Assembly (NCBI RefSeq): GCF_006345805.1
Contig: NW_021833189.1
Location: 1 to 28,991 of the forward strand
Direction of reading: 5' to 3'
From: Octopus sinensis
Lineage: Eukaryota
Length of the DNA: 28,991 nt
Shown here: in pieces, positions 1-11,510 of the stretch
Position numbering within the stretch: position 1 is the first letter of the stretch
Layout of the letters: each line of letters begins with the position of its first letter
Notes under the pieces: model-generated
Databases searched by the model: none
Seen by the model: the letters and a program-made list of their open reading frames with translations, nothing else
What the model was told of the DNA's origin: nothing
Position numbers and translations under genes: made by a program

Positions 1-646
1 AAACAAAAAAAAAAACAAAACAGGTACTGTGGATCAATTCGTTCGCCTAAAAATTCTTCATGTCAGTGCTTCAGCATGGCCGCAGGCTAATGCCTGAAAT
101 AAGTAAAAGTTGAAAGAACAACGTGTACTTTACACTTTCTAAGCTTACAGTTATTACAGAAGCATCAACTCGTGGAAAAATTGTCGGGAAATAGCAGTAT
201 TTATAACCACATGTCACTAAATATATTCATTATATTTTATCTGTAAGAGAGTTGCAATGAAAATGTCAAGTAGCATTTGAAAAATTATGAAACTTTCCAC
301 AAGGATGCTAAGTAGCTGACAAGGCTCAACTGAAGTTATTAGTCAATTTGTGTCAAAGTGTATATAAAATCTAGCTTGGCAACATAAAAATAACAACAAA
401 AAAAAAACAAACAAACAAACAAATAAAAAAATGAGAAATTGCTTACTTTTATTCTGATGATATTTCCTTTATAATTTCGGAAATTGATATCTGATTCATT
501 GTAACGTAGTTTCGAGCTAATATGTTGATGATATTGATAACGTTTCTGTGTGTATATGTGTATAACTGTAAAAGTACGCATCGCATAGATTCTTGCCTTT
601 TCGAGGACAGAGAGAAATTGACATACCTGAAGTTACAGCAATTTAC

Positions 647-812
647 ATGGTTGTGTGGTTAAGAAACTTGCTTTACAACCATTTGGTTTCGGGTTGAGTA
701 TCCCGGCGCGTCACGTTGTGTATGCGTCCTCAGCTATAGTCCAAGCCGACCTGTACCTTGCAAGCGAATATCGTAGACGGAAAGTCGGAAAGTATGTGGA
801 ATCCTTCATGTA
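647..812 (+). mobile_element. Old degenerate CORE-type tRNA-SINE (family 1), 5' part
   Basis: Degenerate match to copies at 894 and 1266 (tgtggttaagaaacttgct...caacca...ctatagtccaagccgac...gtagacggaaa). Confidence 0.65.
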
Positions 813-893
813 CGTGTGTGTATGTATATGTACGTGTGTGTGTGTGTGCGTGTATGTGTGCATGTGAGTATGTGAGTCTGTGTACGAGTTTGT

Positions 894-1052
894 GAGAGGC
901 TGTGTGGTAAGAAGCTTGCTTCCCAACCACATGGTTCCGGGTTCAGTTCCACTGCGTGGCACCTTAGGAAAATGTCTTCTATTATAGCCTCGGGCCAACC
1001 AAAGCCTTGTGAATGAATTTGGTAGACGGAAACTGAAAGAAGCCGTCGTATA

Positions 1053-1100
<48 letters not shown>

Positions 1101-1262
1101 GCGTGTGTGTGGTGTGCATGTGTATATTTTTCTGTTCATCCCTTCCTACCTTCCCTTGACAACCGATGTTGGTGTGTTTACGTCCTCGTAACTTAGCAGT
1201 TCGACAAAAGAAACCGACAGAATAAGTACCAGGCTTACAAAGAATAAGCCCAGGGGTCGATT
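894..1262 (+). mobile_element. CORE-type tRNA-SINE (family 1, OR-like), 3' truncated
   Basis: tRNA-like head (ggctgtgtggtaag; B-box-like ggttcagttcc), CORE-like accttaggaaaatgtctt, internal (AT)n; ends at ggggtcgattt where the next copy starts. Confidence 0.85.
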
Positions 1263-1265
1263 TAC

Positions 1266-1678
1266 AGTAGCTTGCTAACCAACCACATGGTTCCGGGTTC
1301 ACTCCTACTGCATGACACCTTGGGCAAGTGTCTTCTACTATACCCTCGGGTCGACCAAAGCCTTGTGAGTGGATTTGGTAGACGGAAACTGAAAGAAGCC
1401 CGTCGTATATATAGTATATATATATATTATATATTATATATAATATATATATATATGTATGTGTGTGTGTCTGTGTTTGTCCCCCAACATCGCTTGTCAA
1501 CCGATGGTTGTGTGTTTACGTCCCCGTAACTTAGCGGTTCAGCAAAAGAGACCGATAGAATAAGTACTAGGCTTCCAAAGAATAAGTCTTGGGGTCGATT
1601 TGCTCGATTAAAGCCCTTTCAGACGGTGTCCCAGCATGAGTGCAGTCCAATGACTGAAGCAAGTGGAAGGTAAAAGAC
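1266..1678 (+). mobile_element. CORE-type tRNA-SINE (family 1), near full length
   Basis: accttgggcaagtgtctt matches the MIR/CORE motif ACCTTGGGCAAGTCACTT; internal AT/GT repeat; shared tail ...ccagcatg...tgactgaa. Confidence 0.85.
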
Positions 1679-1879
1679 AAACGTAATAATCTGATATCTT
1701 TGTAAGTCGGCGAGTTGGCTGGCACGCGGTAACATTTTGGTGTTACCGCTCCTCGTTCTTAGTTCGAATTGTGTTGACGCTGCTCATTCTTTCAATTTCA
1801 ATGAAATCATTACTAAACAAAATTGTCAATCGATCAGGTTTTGTGGTCTAGAGAGGTTAGGTGAGTACTCAGCTGACGA

Positions 1880-2000
1880 TCATGGGTTCGATTCCCGGCA
1901 CGTTGTGTAATTGAGCAAAGTGATTTCATGGCATACTACTCCGGTCTGCTCAGCTGAAAATGAGTAGTGAGATCCGGTGCAACTCTCTCCAATTATTTAA
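1880..2000 (+). mobile_element. Degenerate CORE-type SINE (family 2)
   Basis: B-box gggttcgattcccgg then gttgtg..ttgagcaaa...ctcagctg..aaatgagta, similar to the reverse complement of the 23197-23719 copies. Confidence 0.55.
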
Positions 2001-2135
2001 TTCAGCGGCACATCCTGGATGTGCCATTGGGTTAAGCGAGGGCGTTTATGTCTACTGGCGACTATATAGACACCGATTTTTTTCAAGGTGGTAGCCAAGC
2101 ATGGCAGCAATCATATAACAGAAACAAGTGAAAGA

Positions 2136-2174
<39 letters not shown>

Positions 2175-2398
2175 ACAGAGGCAAACACATACAGGCAAAC
2201 ACACACAGGCAAACACACACACACACACAAACACACGCACACATACACACAGAGTCTTCTCGATCTAATATGTCAGCTGCTTTGCGCAATAAAGTCCATT
2301 GCATATATGTAAATGTGTATGTGTGTGTGTATGTGCATGCAATGTGTGTGTGCGTGTGTATGCATGTGTGTGTGAGAGAGAGAGAGAGAGAGATAGGA

Positions 2399-2429
<31 letters not shown>

Positions 2430-2469
2430 ATATGGGTTTTAGTATCTGACCGATTGACCATAGATGCGC

Positions 2470-2626
2470 CAGTAACTTAAAGATTCGGCAACAGAGAGTA
2501 ATAAAATAAGTACCAGACTTCTTTTTAAAAAAAGGTGGAAGTATTTGGTCTGATTTCTTTCGCTAAAATCCTTTGTGGCGGTGCCTCAGTATGGCCGCAA
2601 TCCAATGACTGAAACAAATAAAAGCG
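2470..2626 (+). mobile_element. Family 1 SINE 3' tail fragment
   Basis: gtaactt...ttcggcaa...aataagtacca...ggcggtgcctcagtatggccgca...tgactgaaacaa matches tails at 1520-1670. A similar tail lies at about 25-115. Confidence 0.7.
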
Positions 2627-2631
2627 TAAGA

Positions 2632-2694
<63 letters not shown>
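2632..2694. repeat. (TATC)n microsatellite
   Basis: Direct reading. Confidence 0.95.
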
Positions 2695-2708
2695 AGATAT
2701 TATAGATA

Positions 2709-2862
2709 TGTTTCTTTATTAGCCACACAGGCTGCACACAGATAGAACAAATTACAAGGTAGAGCTTTTCTTTTGAAGGTTTAAAAAAAAAAAAAAAAAA
2801 AGGAAGGGGATTTCGATCAAAAGGGATCGTAAAAGGAGAGAAAGAGGACAAAAAGAAGGGGG

Positions 2863-2901
<39 letters not shown>

Positions 2902-3856
2902 GGAAGAGGAAAAAAAATTGATCAATAGGGATCGTTATCACAGAAATGTCAATATGAAGTGTAAAGGGGAGGACAGATGAGTTTACCCGTGGAAAGAAAA
3001 GCCTACGGAAAAGACCACGGTAACCTCGGTCAATGAAGTCACATTTTATATTTCTTTTTTTTTTTTTTTTTTTTGCTAATAAGCAACTCTCTGTTTTTCG
3101 ATTTCTGGGTTCATATGACTATGCTCAAGGTGGCTTCGTCATTCATACGTGCATTCTTGCTACATTCACCCATCTTTTTTAAAACATTCGCTAGACAAAA
3201 CTTGCCTCTCTACTCTCACTTTCCTTTTCAAGTGGTACTTGAAGAGTTTGATGAGAGATTGACCAGAGAGGAAAGTGTTTGTCTCCAATCCTTCAGACGC
3301 GTCCACCAGATACATTCTTTCGCCATAGCCACAAGGATGATGAAAATAGCTCTTCCTTCCCGTTTGAAGGAAGGAGGCGTGACAATATTGACGATAGACT
3401 CAGCTGATAAACCGACTCGTCCCACACGTGACAGCAGTTGTTCGACATAAGCCCACAGGTCGGAAATTGTTGGACACTGAACGAGTGCGTGCAGAACGGT
3501 TTCGTCGCTCTGACCGCATCTCGGGCAGGTCGGCCCCGTGTTTCTCGAGCCGTGTCTGTAGAGCTTATCCCGAACGGGTAGCGCTTCTCGGTAGCACTGC
3601 CAGGCCAGGGATCTCTGGAAGTTGTCCATGGGCCCTGGCCGAAAGTCGTCCCGAACAGGCGGGTCAGGTACTCCTCGTCGACGTCCAGGTTCGCCCCGAG
3701 CTCTGTCGTCGTACCTCCCCTCACTAAACCCCTATAGAATGCTTTGGTTGTGTGAAGTCACTTAAGGTCGACCCAGGACGGCAGAGTTGCTTGAGAGCAA
3801 CGCGACACTCGCGGTGCCATTCGCCCTTCCTCGGCCTCTTTTTGATCCACGACTGC
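2709..3856 (-). mobile_element. 5'-truncated Tx1/L1-clade LINE: ORF2 C-terminus plus 3' UTR, frameshifted
   Basis: Minus ORFs join across frameshifts to LAWQCYREALPVRDKLYRHG...CPRCGQSDETVLHALVQC (zf-RVT CCHC knuckle of L1/Tx1). AATAAA at 2715-2720. Direct repeat ATTATAGATA at 2699-2708 and 3857-3866. Confidence 0.85.
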
Positions 3857-4372
3857 ATTATAGATAGATAGATACATAGATAGATAGATATAGATAGATG
3901 GGTACACAACACCGACACAAATACACACACACATGTGCACGTACCTTGTTGTAGTCAGTAAATACTTTTGGCTAGAATCTTTAGTAGAAATTGGTATATA
4001 CTTTACAGAATATTTTACATGTACTATTCTCATTCTTGTCAGAAAGATAAAAACAAAAATAAAAGTAAAAAAAAGACAAAAAGAAATGAAAACAAAAACA
4101 AAAAAAAAACCAAGCGGCTTTGCTGCTGGTTTTCATTCTCTCGAAGCCAATACACTCTTTGCTTACTTATAGTAGAAGGAAATTTTGCTTACTCATCATT
4201 TTGCAGGCCTCTTGATGGCAACCAATAACTTCCTCTGCACCAGGCGGGCGGGAGGAATTGCTTCTTCATGTTCTCTCACTCAACAAGCAATTTTGTTATA
4301 CAAGTTGGTGGGCGGAGTACTCATATTCTCTTTTATAGGTCACCGAGGGATTTGATTGATCGTTTTTTATTT

Positions 4373-4378
4373 TACTAC

Positions 4379-4456
<78 letters not shown>

Positions 4457-4710
4457 CTGTCTTCTTTTTCTTTTTCTTCTTCTGAAGAGCGGTTTCAGCA
4501 AAAAGCAATAACATTAATAGCATCAGTAAGAACAATGGCAATAACAACTATAAACAACAAGAACAACAAGAGCAGCAAGAACAATAACAACAACAACAAA
4601 CACCACCACCACCACCACCACCACCACCACCACCACCACCACCACAAAAACCCTTCAATAGGAATAAGAAACAATAAATAATAATAGGAATAAAAATAAA
4701 GAGTAACGTC

Positions 4711-4772
<62 letters not shown>

Positions 4773-4809
4773 CAAATATAATAATAATAATAACTACAAG
4801 AATAACAGC

Positions 4810-4845
<36 letters not shown>

Positions 4846-5012
4846 CATAAAAACCATGATAGCCACAAAATAACAAGATTAACAACTACAATAGCAATAA
4901 CAACAAACAAACAAACAAAAACGATGGCGACAACAACAATAACAGCCATAAAAACAACAAGAAGAAACAAAAACAAAAACAAAAACAAAACCAAAACCTA
5001 AAAAAAAAAAAC
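4373..5012. repeat. Compound trinucleotide array (ATT)n, (CAC)n, (AAT)n, (GAT)n, (AAC)-rich
   Basis: Direct reading; explains the poly-Y/N/H/I ORFs. Confidence 0.95.
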
Positions 5013-6475
5013 GTTATCAAATGGAGCTAAGTCTATGCAGTGAGGTCAGCAGCAGTCAAATCAGTCAACCGCTTTGCTTGCAGACCATTAAACTGATCTG
5101 CTCTGATCTGCATTTGATATCATATTCTTTGAAAACAGACTAAGGCTGCTGTCTGCAACTCTTGCAAAAGAAGAAGGTGGCGGGAGAGAAGCGTGCGGAG
5201 GGAGAAACTGCTCTATTGAACACTATACGACTGACAGAAGTCTGGCGCCTGAACTAATAATTTTTCAATATGGCTGAATTTATCCATGCAAACTTTCTCC
5301 CTGTTTTGGTACTTAAGTGAGAGAAACATGTTCCGTTGAATGGCTACTGTCCGTTAACTTGATTTTTGTTTTCTTACATCCAACCCCCTGGATCTTACAC
5401 TCTATATTTATGGTGGATCGTCATACATATATGTTTTATTTACTGGGAATTACACTATTATATTATGCTTCGTAATATCCTCTCCGACTACAGTAAAATG
5501 GAGGATGTAAATGTGCCTCAATTCCCAAGAGGCCTTTTAAGATTCGGCTATTGTTGAGCTTCTGATCAGCCCTGATCGAGTTAGTTTATGATCAAAGGCG
5601 TTCAAGCAACGACTTCATCCATCTTTCAGAAGAAAAAAAAAGAGTGTATCTTGAACTACATTATCCACTGCTTTCCCTTTCACGATATTAAGGTGGTATT
5701 TTAGGGAGATTTGCTTGCCCTTTTTTTTTTTAGCAGATCAGTCTATCATAATGAAGCTCTCTTGCTGGTGCAGTTAATAGTTTCGATCGGGAAGATATGT
5801 CCATGACCATCTTGCCTTTTATTTTTAGATGTGGATGTAGGGCTAATCTATTCGACGTGTCCATTCCTTTATAATAGAATAGGGCGCGACGAAGATTTGG
5901 CTGCTAATTAAAACTGCCCGACTGATCGCGTCGGGATCCTCTCTTTGGATTGATTCTTGATTCTGGCATTAAAATGGTAAAAACGATCAGCACATCCTCA
6001 TTCCACTCTGGATAAGACTACAGTCTACTGTCATAAGATTCCCAGGAAGTAGATTTTTCTATAGAGGTACGTATAACACGCAAAATGAAGGATTTGCTTC
6101 CGAGACAGATCAAAATTTCTTATTAAAGACTTAAGAGCTGAAGTTATCAATACTCAACCATCATATTACATCAATATAATCAGCCACCATATTACTCCGC
6201 TGCCAGTTTCATGGGATTATAAAGCTGTTTGATTGTTGTAAGTTTTTTTTTTATTCTCTGCGTAACATTATACACATTTATTATTAATATATTGACTGCA
6301 ATAGCCTGTGGTCTTATGCAGAATAGAATACGCACACAGTAATCGCTTTTACCCGCTTGCTGCCAGAATTACGACCCGAGCCAATGAGAGGACTCCTACA
6401 CGATCGATTACCTGTCAAATCTTCTACTCATCACACTCTGTTGTATTATAAAGAAATGGACACATTAGTGTAGGC

Positions 6476-6734
6476 CAGTAGTTCCCAAACTTTTTCAGGT
6501 TGCCGCTTCCTTGGCACTCAGGCCACATTCCTACCCCACCTCCACCGCCACTCATCACCTCAAACAAAGACAATTTTCTGATAAAAACTTAAACCAAATT
6601 AACCCGTTATTTATTTTTTTTACATCCATCGCCCTCTTTTGGCCACTCAATTATCGCCCCACTTTTCTGTAACACCCCATATCGAATCTTTCCAACGCCC
6701 AGTGGGGCAGTATCATTCACTCTGAGAACCACTG
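6476..6734. mobile_element. hAT/Charlie-type MITE
   Basis: Ends CAGTAGTTCCCAAAC and TCTGAGAACCACTG (Charlie-like CAGTGGTTC.. TIR). Flanks gtgtaggc and gtgttgtt match at 5/8, a degenerate 8-bp TSD. Confidence 0.7.
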
Positions 6735-7264
6735 GTGTTGTTCTACATCCACTGCAACCGGAAAAAACAAAAGCAAAAACAAAGACCAGATGGTCTGTTT
6801 GGTCAAGACTGTCCTGGAGTTAAACAATCCCAATAACCACACCAACGAGGAGGCTTCCTTTTTATTATTGTATGTGTTTTCTGGTGGTCTGTCCGCATGT
6901 TAAAGTTCTATAGTATTTTCATATTCTATAGTATTTTCATTATCAGGAAAATAAAAGTTATCATTAGTAAAAGGGAACTTTTACTTAGAGCAGTTGAAGT
7001 TGAGTGACTCATCTTACATGAGTAACATTGTTTCACTAATCTATCTCAAGTATTTTCTCTTGTAGCTATTGTAAGACATCTTGATACAATGTTGTACATT
7101 GTCGTAGAAAATACACCATGCTGTCGACATATGTTGCATATTTTATACTAGTTATGGATATTTATTCCAATGTACTTAGTAGTGAAAACCTAATCCTGTA
7201 TCACAAACCGTGTTGCTTCAGTTGATCTAATTTGGTCTAACCACAAAGCCACGCGCCTTCACAT

Positions 7265-7455
7265 TTTTGTCAATATACTTAATAGCTGAGGCGGCAGCAT
7301 TTCATCCGTCTTTACGTTCAAATTTCACCGAGGTCGACGTTACCGTTCATCTTTTTAAGGTCGATAAAATAAGTACCAGTTGTATACTGGGGTTGATATC
7401 AACTAGTCCTCTTCCCTGAAATTCTAGGCCTTGTACATATAGTAGAAAGGATTAT
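7265..7455 (+). mobile_element. OK-like tRNA-SINE (family 3), degenerate
   Basis: aaatttcaccgaggtcgac...ggtcgataaaataagtaccag matches the 19625 copy. Confidence 0.75.
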
Positions 7456-7510
7456 TAATAGTTTTTCTTCCTTCAGTTTTCTTACTATTTCTTGCCGAGT
7501 GTCTTCCCGA

Positions 7511-7511
<1 letters not shown>

Positions 7512-7557
<46 letters not shown>

Positions 7558-7614
7558 TATTATTATTATTAATTATTATTATTATTTATTATTATTATTA
7601 TTATTATATTATCA
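7512..7614. repeat. (TTA)n microsatellite abutting the R4 element 3' end
   Basis: Direct reading. Confidence 0.95.
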
Positions 7615-10104
7615 TTCAGTAGTTTTATTTTTATAGCGTGCTTCCCACTTCACTACCGAGCGCAGCTCTGTGTGCCTTAGGTATGTGCTGTGATTTGTTG
7701 TGATGCTCTGATGGTTATTGTATGGAAAGTGTTCTGCGTAGGATGTGTGCAGTGCCTAATAGTGCAATTTTCTGTATGTTATATCTGTTTGTAAGTCCTG
7801 GTGTTTTTGTTATGTATTTGTCTGAATATTTTTTTATCATGCCTAATGCACCTACTATGATAGGAATTGTTTCTGTTTTTAGATTCCACATTCTGGTTAC
7901 CTCTATTTCCAGGTCTTTATATTTTGAAAGTTTCTCCATTTCTTTTAGAGACACGTTGTCATCTGCCGGTATTGATACATCAATTAGAAAGCATTTTTTT
8001 TCTTCATGATCTCTGACAACTATATCTGGTCTGTTGACCTTAATTTCTCTATCTGTGTGTATCGGCATATCCCAGAGTATGGTTGCTTTCTCGTTTTCTG
8101 TGACCTTTTCTGGTGTGTGCATATACCATCTTTTTTCTGTTGTTATTCCATAATGTTGGCATAGCTTCCAGTGTATGTAGGTTCCAACTCTGTCATGTCT
8201 GTGAATATATTCCTTCTTAGCCAGGACTGGGCAGCTAGAGATAATATGATTTATTGTTTCTTGTCCATCTCCACATATTCTGCAGTTACTTGTTATATTT
8301 CTTTTCATTACATGTTTTCGGTAATTTCTGGTGGGGAGGCTTTGGTCTTGTGCTGCAATTAAAAATCCCTCTGTCTCTGCTTTGAGTTCTGAGCTTCTCA
8401 ACCATTGCTGGGATTTTTCTTTGTCTATTTCTTTTGCGTTTAGTTTAGTCCAGTATTTACCATGAAGGGGCTTTTCTTGCCATCGTTTTATCATGGTTCG
8501 TTGCTGTTCTATTTTTAGCTTGGATTTCATTTGTTTTATAGCTTTTCTTCTTCTTCTTCTTCTTCTTCTTCTTCTTCTTCTTCTTCTTCTTCTTCTTCTT
8601 CTTCTTCTTCTTCTTCTTCTTCTTCTTCTTCTTCTTCTTCTTCTTCTTCATATTTATTAGGTGGTATGATTTCTTGTTTGTATTTGTCAGCTTCCTTAAA
8701 TACTGAGAACAGTTTTTTGTTTTGCTCGTGTTTTGCCGCTATTTGTATCAGTTTTCCTTCCTTCTGAAGTAGATATTTTTGCAGTCCTATGGTGGTTATT
8801 TTATAGTAGTTTTCCAGCAGTATAAGGCTTCTACCACTTTCTATACGTTGTATATATAGTCTTTCTATGTCAGATTTTGGGTGATGCATCCTAGATCCTG
8901 TCATTATTTTTCTTTTTCCTATCTATTTTGTCAGTTCATTAAGTGTCCAGTTAAGGATATTGTAGCTGTAACTTATAACTGGACAGCTAAAGTGTTAATA
9001 CCTATTATCTTGTTTTTAGCATTGAGCTCTGTTTTATTATTGATCTAACTCGTCTATAATATTCTTTTTTTATTTTCTCTTTCATTTGTGTGTGTTGTGT
9101 CTTATCTAGTTCATGGATTCCTAAGTATTTGTAAGTTTGGCTTTGGTCTAGTTCTTTTATTTTATTGGTTTTATCTAGTGTGATGTTGCTACTCTTAACT
9201 AGTTTTCCTCTTTTCAGGGTTACTTTGGCGCATTTTTCTAATCCAAATTTCATATCTATTTCTTTAGTAAATCCATGAACTGTCTTTAATAGTGTTTCCA
9301 GCTGTTTGTCATTTGCAGCGTATAGTTTTAGGTCATCCATATATAAAAGGTGGCTGATCGTTTTGCCGTAACATTTATATCCGCATCCAGTTCTATTTAG
9401 CATATCAGATAGAGGTGACAGTGCCAAGCAGAAAAGGAGTGGAGAGAGCGTGTCTCCCTGGAATATTCCTCTTCTAATGGGGATGGCTTTGGTTTTCATG
9501 AGTCCCTCTTTTGTTTGGAGCTGTAGCACTGTTTGCCATTTATTCATAGAGTGCCCTATGAATTTTATAATTGTTGCTGCTACTTTGTTAATGGCTAGTG
9601 TTTCGAGGATCCATGTGTGTGTGGGGGGGGTGCTATCAAACGCCTTTTTGTAGGGAGATAGGTTATTGGTCTGTAGTTTTCTGGTTTTGCTGTCTCATGG
9701 GAATTAAGATGGTTTTCCCCTTCGTGAGCCATTCAGGCATTGTCTCTGGCTCTGCTAGTATTTTGCTAAAGTTTTCAGCCAGCTTTTTGTGCATTCCTGT
9801 TAGATATTTCAACCAGAAGTTGGGGATCTTGTCATGCCCAGGTGCCTTCCAGTTGCTTAGTCTTTGCAGTGCCTGGGTGACCTCTTCAGTTGTTATGGGG
9901 GTCCAAAGTTGCTCAGATGCTGAGTTTGTTGTTTTAATACTCCTTTTTTTTTGCTTGTTCGTTCGCCGACCATATTTCTCTCCAGAATTCTTCCACTTCT
10001 TCTGCCGTTGGTGCTGCAGTGATTTCTATTTTATTTTTGCCAAGTTCTTGGTAGAACTTTTTAGGGTTGGAGTTGAACTGTTTGTTTTGTTCAAAGAAGC
10101 GCTG
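7615..10104 (-). mobile_element. R4/Dong-clade non-LTR retrotransposon (RT, CCHC, restriction-like endonuclease), disrupted
   Basis: RT motifs QGDTLSPLLF and YMDDLKLY (9005-9547). CRICGDGQETINHIISSC knuckle and RPDIVV...IDVSIP...EKLSKY RLE (7715-8530). Pre-RT NPKKFYQEL..EEVEEFWREIW. About 100-bp 3' UTR runs into (TAA)n. Frameshifts and an internal deletion. Confidence 0.92.
8545..8649 (-). repeat. (GAA)n, 35 Glu codons, inside the R4 ORF
   Basis: Counted from the 8536-8904 translation. Confidence 0.95.
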
Positions 10105-10465
10105 GAATTTCCTTCTGGTCGAGTAACCCATCACGCCAAAAGGTCCCTGAATAAGGGTTGTTTAAGGATGCTGAATGAAACACCCATGTTTCCAGAGGTG
10201 AATCATTCAAACCCCATAGAATCCCTCTCAATATATGGCTATGATGCGCCCCCTCTACTTCTACTCACGATCAGAGATGCACATATTGTCAGCCACTAAG
10301 GGACATGCTCAACTGGTTAAGGTGAAACTACTGACAAGCAAATCTGCGGTATTGAGCAGAATAGTTGCTGTAGCCCATATTTTATACCAAGACAAAACAA
10401 TGTACTTGATAACACTTCCAATCAGTTAAGATCTGAAGCAACGAGAGCCACTGCCTGGTACTTCA
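10105..10465 (-). mobile_element. Non-coding segment fused to the R4 5' junction (5' UTR or a separate interspersed repeat)
   Basis: R4-like coding similarity stops at 10104; about 360 bp of complex sequence follows, then a TTA-class microsatellite. Confidence 0.45.
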
Positions 10466-10470
10466 TCTAT

Positions 10471-10523
<53 letters not shown>

Positions 10524-10553
10524 TTACTATTATTTTTATCATCATCATCATCA

Positions 10554-10611
<58 letters not shown>

Positions 10612-10725
10612 CTACCATTTCGCATAAGACTGGGGTCTTAAGAATCCATTCATTTCTGCGACATATTTCGCTATTACAAAACTGCGCACTAAATAGACAA
10701 ACCCAAAACAAGCACCAGCTCATTT

Positions 10726-10760
<35 letters not shown>

Positions 10761-10815
10761 TAATAACAACAACATCAATAATAACAACAACAACAACAAC
10801 AACAACAATAACAAT
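10466..10815. repeat. Compound (TAC)n/(ATC)n/(ATT)n and (CAC)/(AAC)/(AAT) arrays around a short unique spacer
   Basis: Direct reading. Confidence 0.9.
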
Positions 10816-11087
10816 ACGCGGTAACAACTAGAGCAACATTAGTAGAAAATACATTGACGATACGTAAAATATAGGAAGGAAACATAAGCAAACAGATAAA
10901 GCGATCAACAAATTAAAGCCAAGCATATGTCTTAATCTCGTTAAGGTTTTAACTTAATTACTATCGGTAACATCTTGCAGGCATTCGATTGTCGCTGATT
11001 TCCTATCGATTTTTTTTTCTGGAAACCATCGAGACAAACAGAATCCACTTGACGCACGTAGACGCAGAAACACAACACACAAAAATG

Positions 11088-11089
11088 TG

Positions 11090-11121
<32 letters not shown>

Positions 11122-11381
11122 TGTATGTATGTATGTATGTATGTATGTATGTATGTATGTATGTATGTGTGTGTATATATATCTGCATACAGACATAATA
11201 CGTACATACGTACGACGTACGTACGCTTATATCCATGCATGTAGTTATTCGTGAATACAAGTGTACGGTTATATGCACATTTGTGCATACGTAAAACATA
11301 GTGCATATCTATGCACACACTTACGTACTTCTGTTGAGTGTATTCACTAAAATTGCATACAAAATGATACGCAGTACGGTA

Positions 11382-11451
<70 letters not shown>

Positions 11452-11510
11452 TATTTTATATACATATACATTACATATACATATACATACACACACACAC
11501 AACACATATA
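11088..11510. repeat. (TATG)n and (AT)n microsatellites
   Basis: Direct reading. Confidence 0.9.

Noticed and set aside
894-960. tRNA genes
   Set aside because: All A/B-box segments are SINE heads without an acceptor stem or complete cloverleaf.
4268-4994. Long homopolymeric ORFs (also near 8.5, 10.5, 14.0, 15.0 and 28.2 kb)
   Set aside because: Stop-free translations of microsatellites.
10612-10690. Candidate 73-nt minus-strand exon (RSFVIAKYVAEMNGFLRPQSYAK)
   Set aside because: Weak donor (gtagtg), no recognisable homology, lies between microsatellites.
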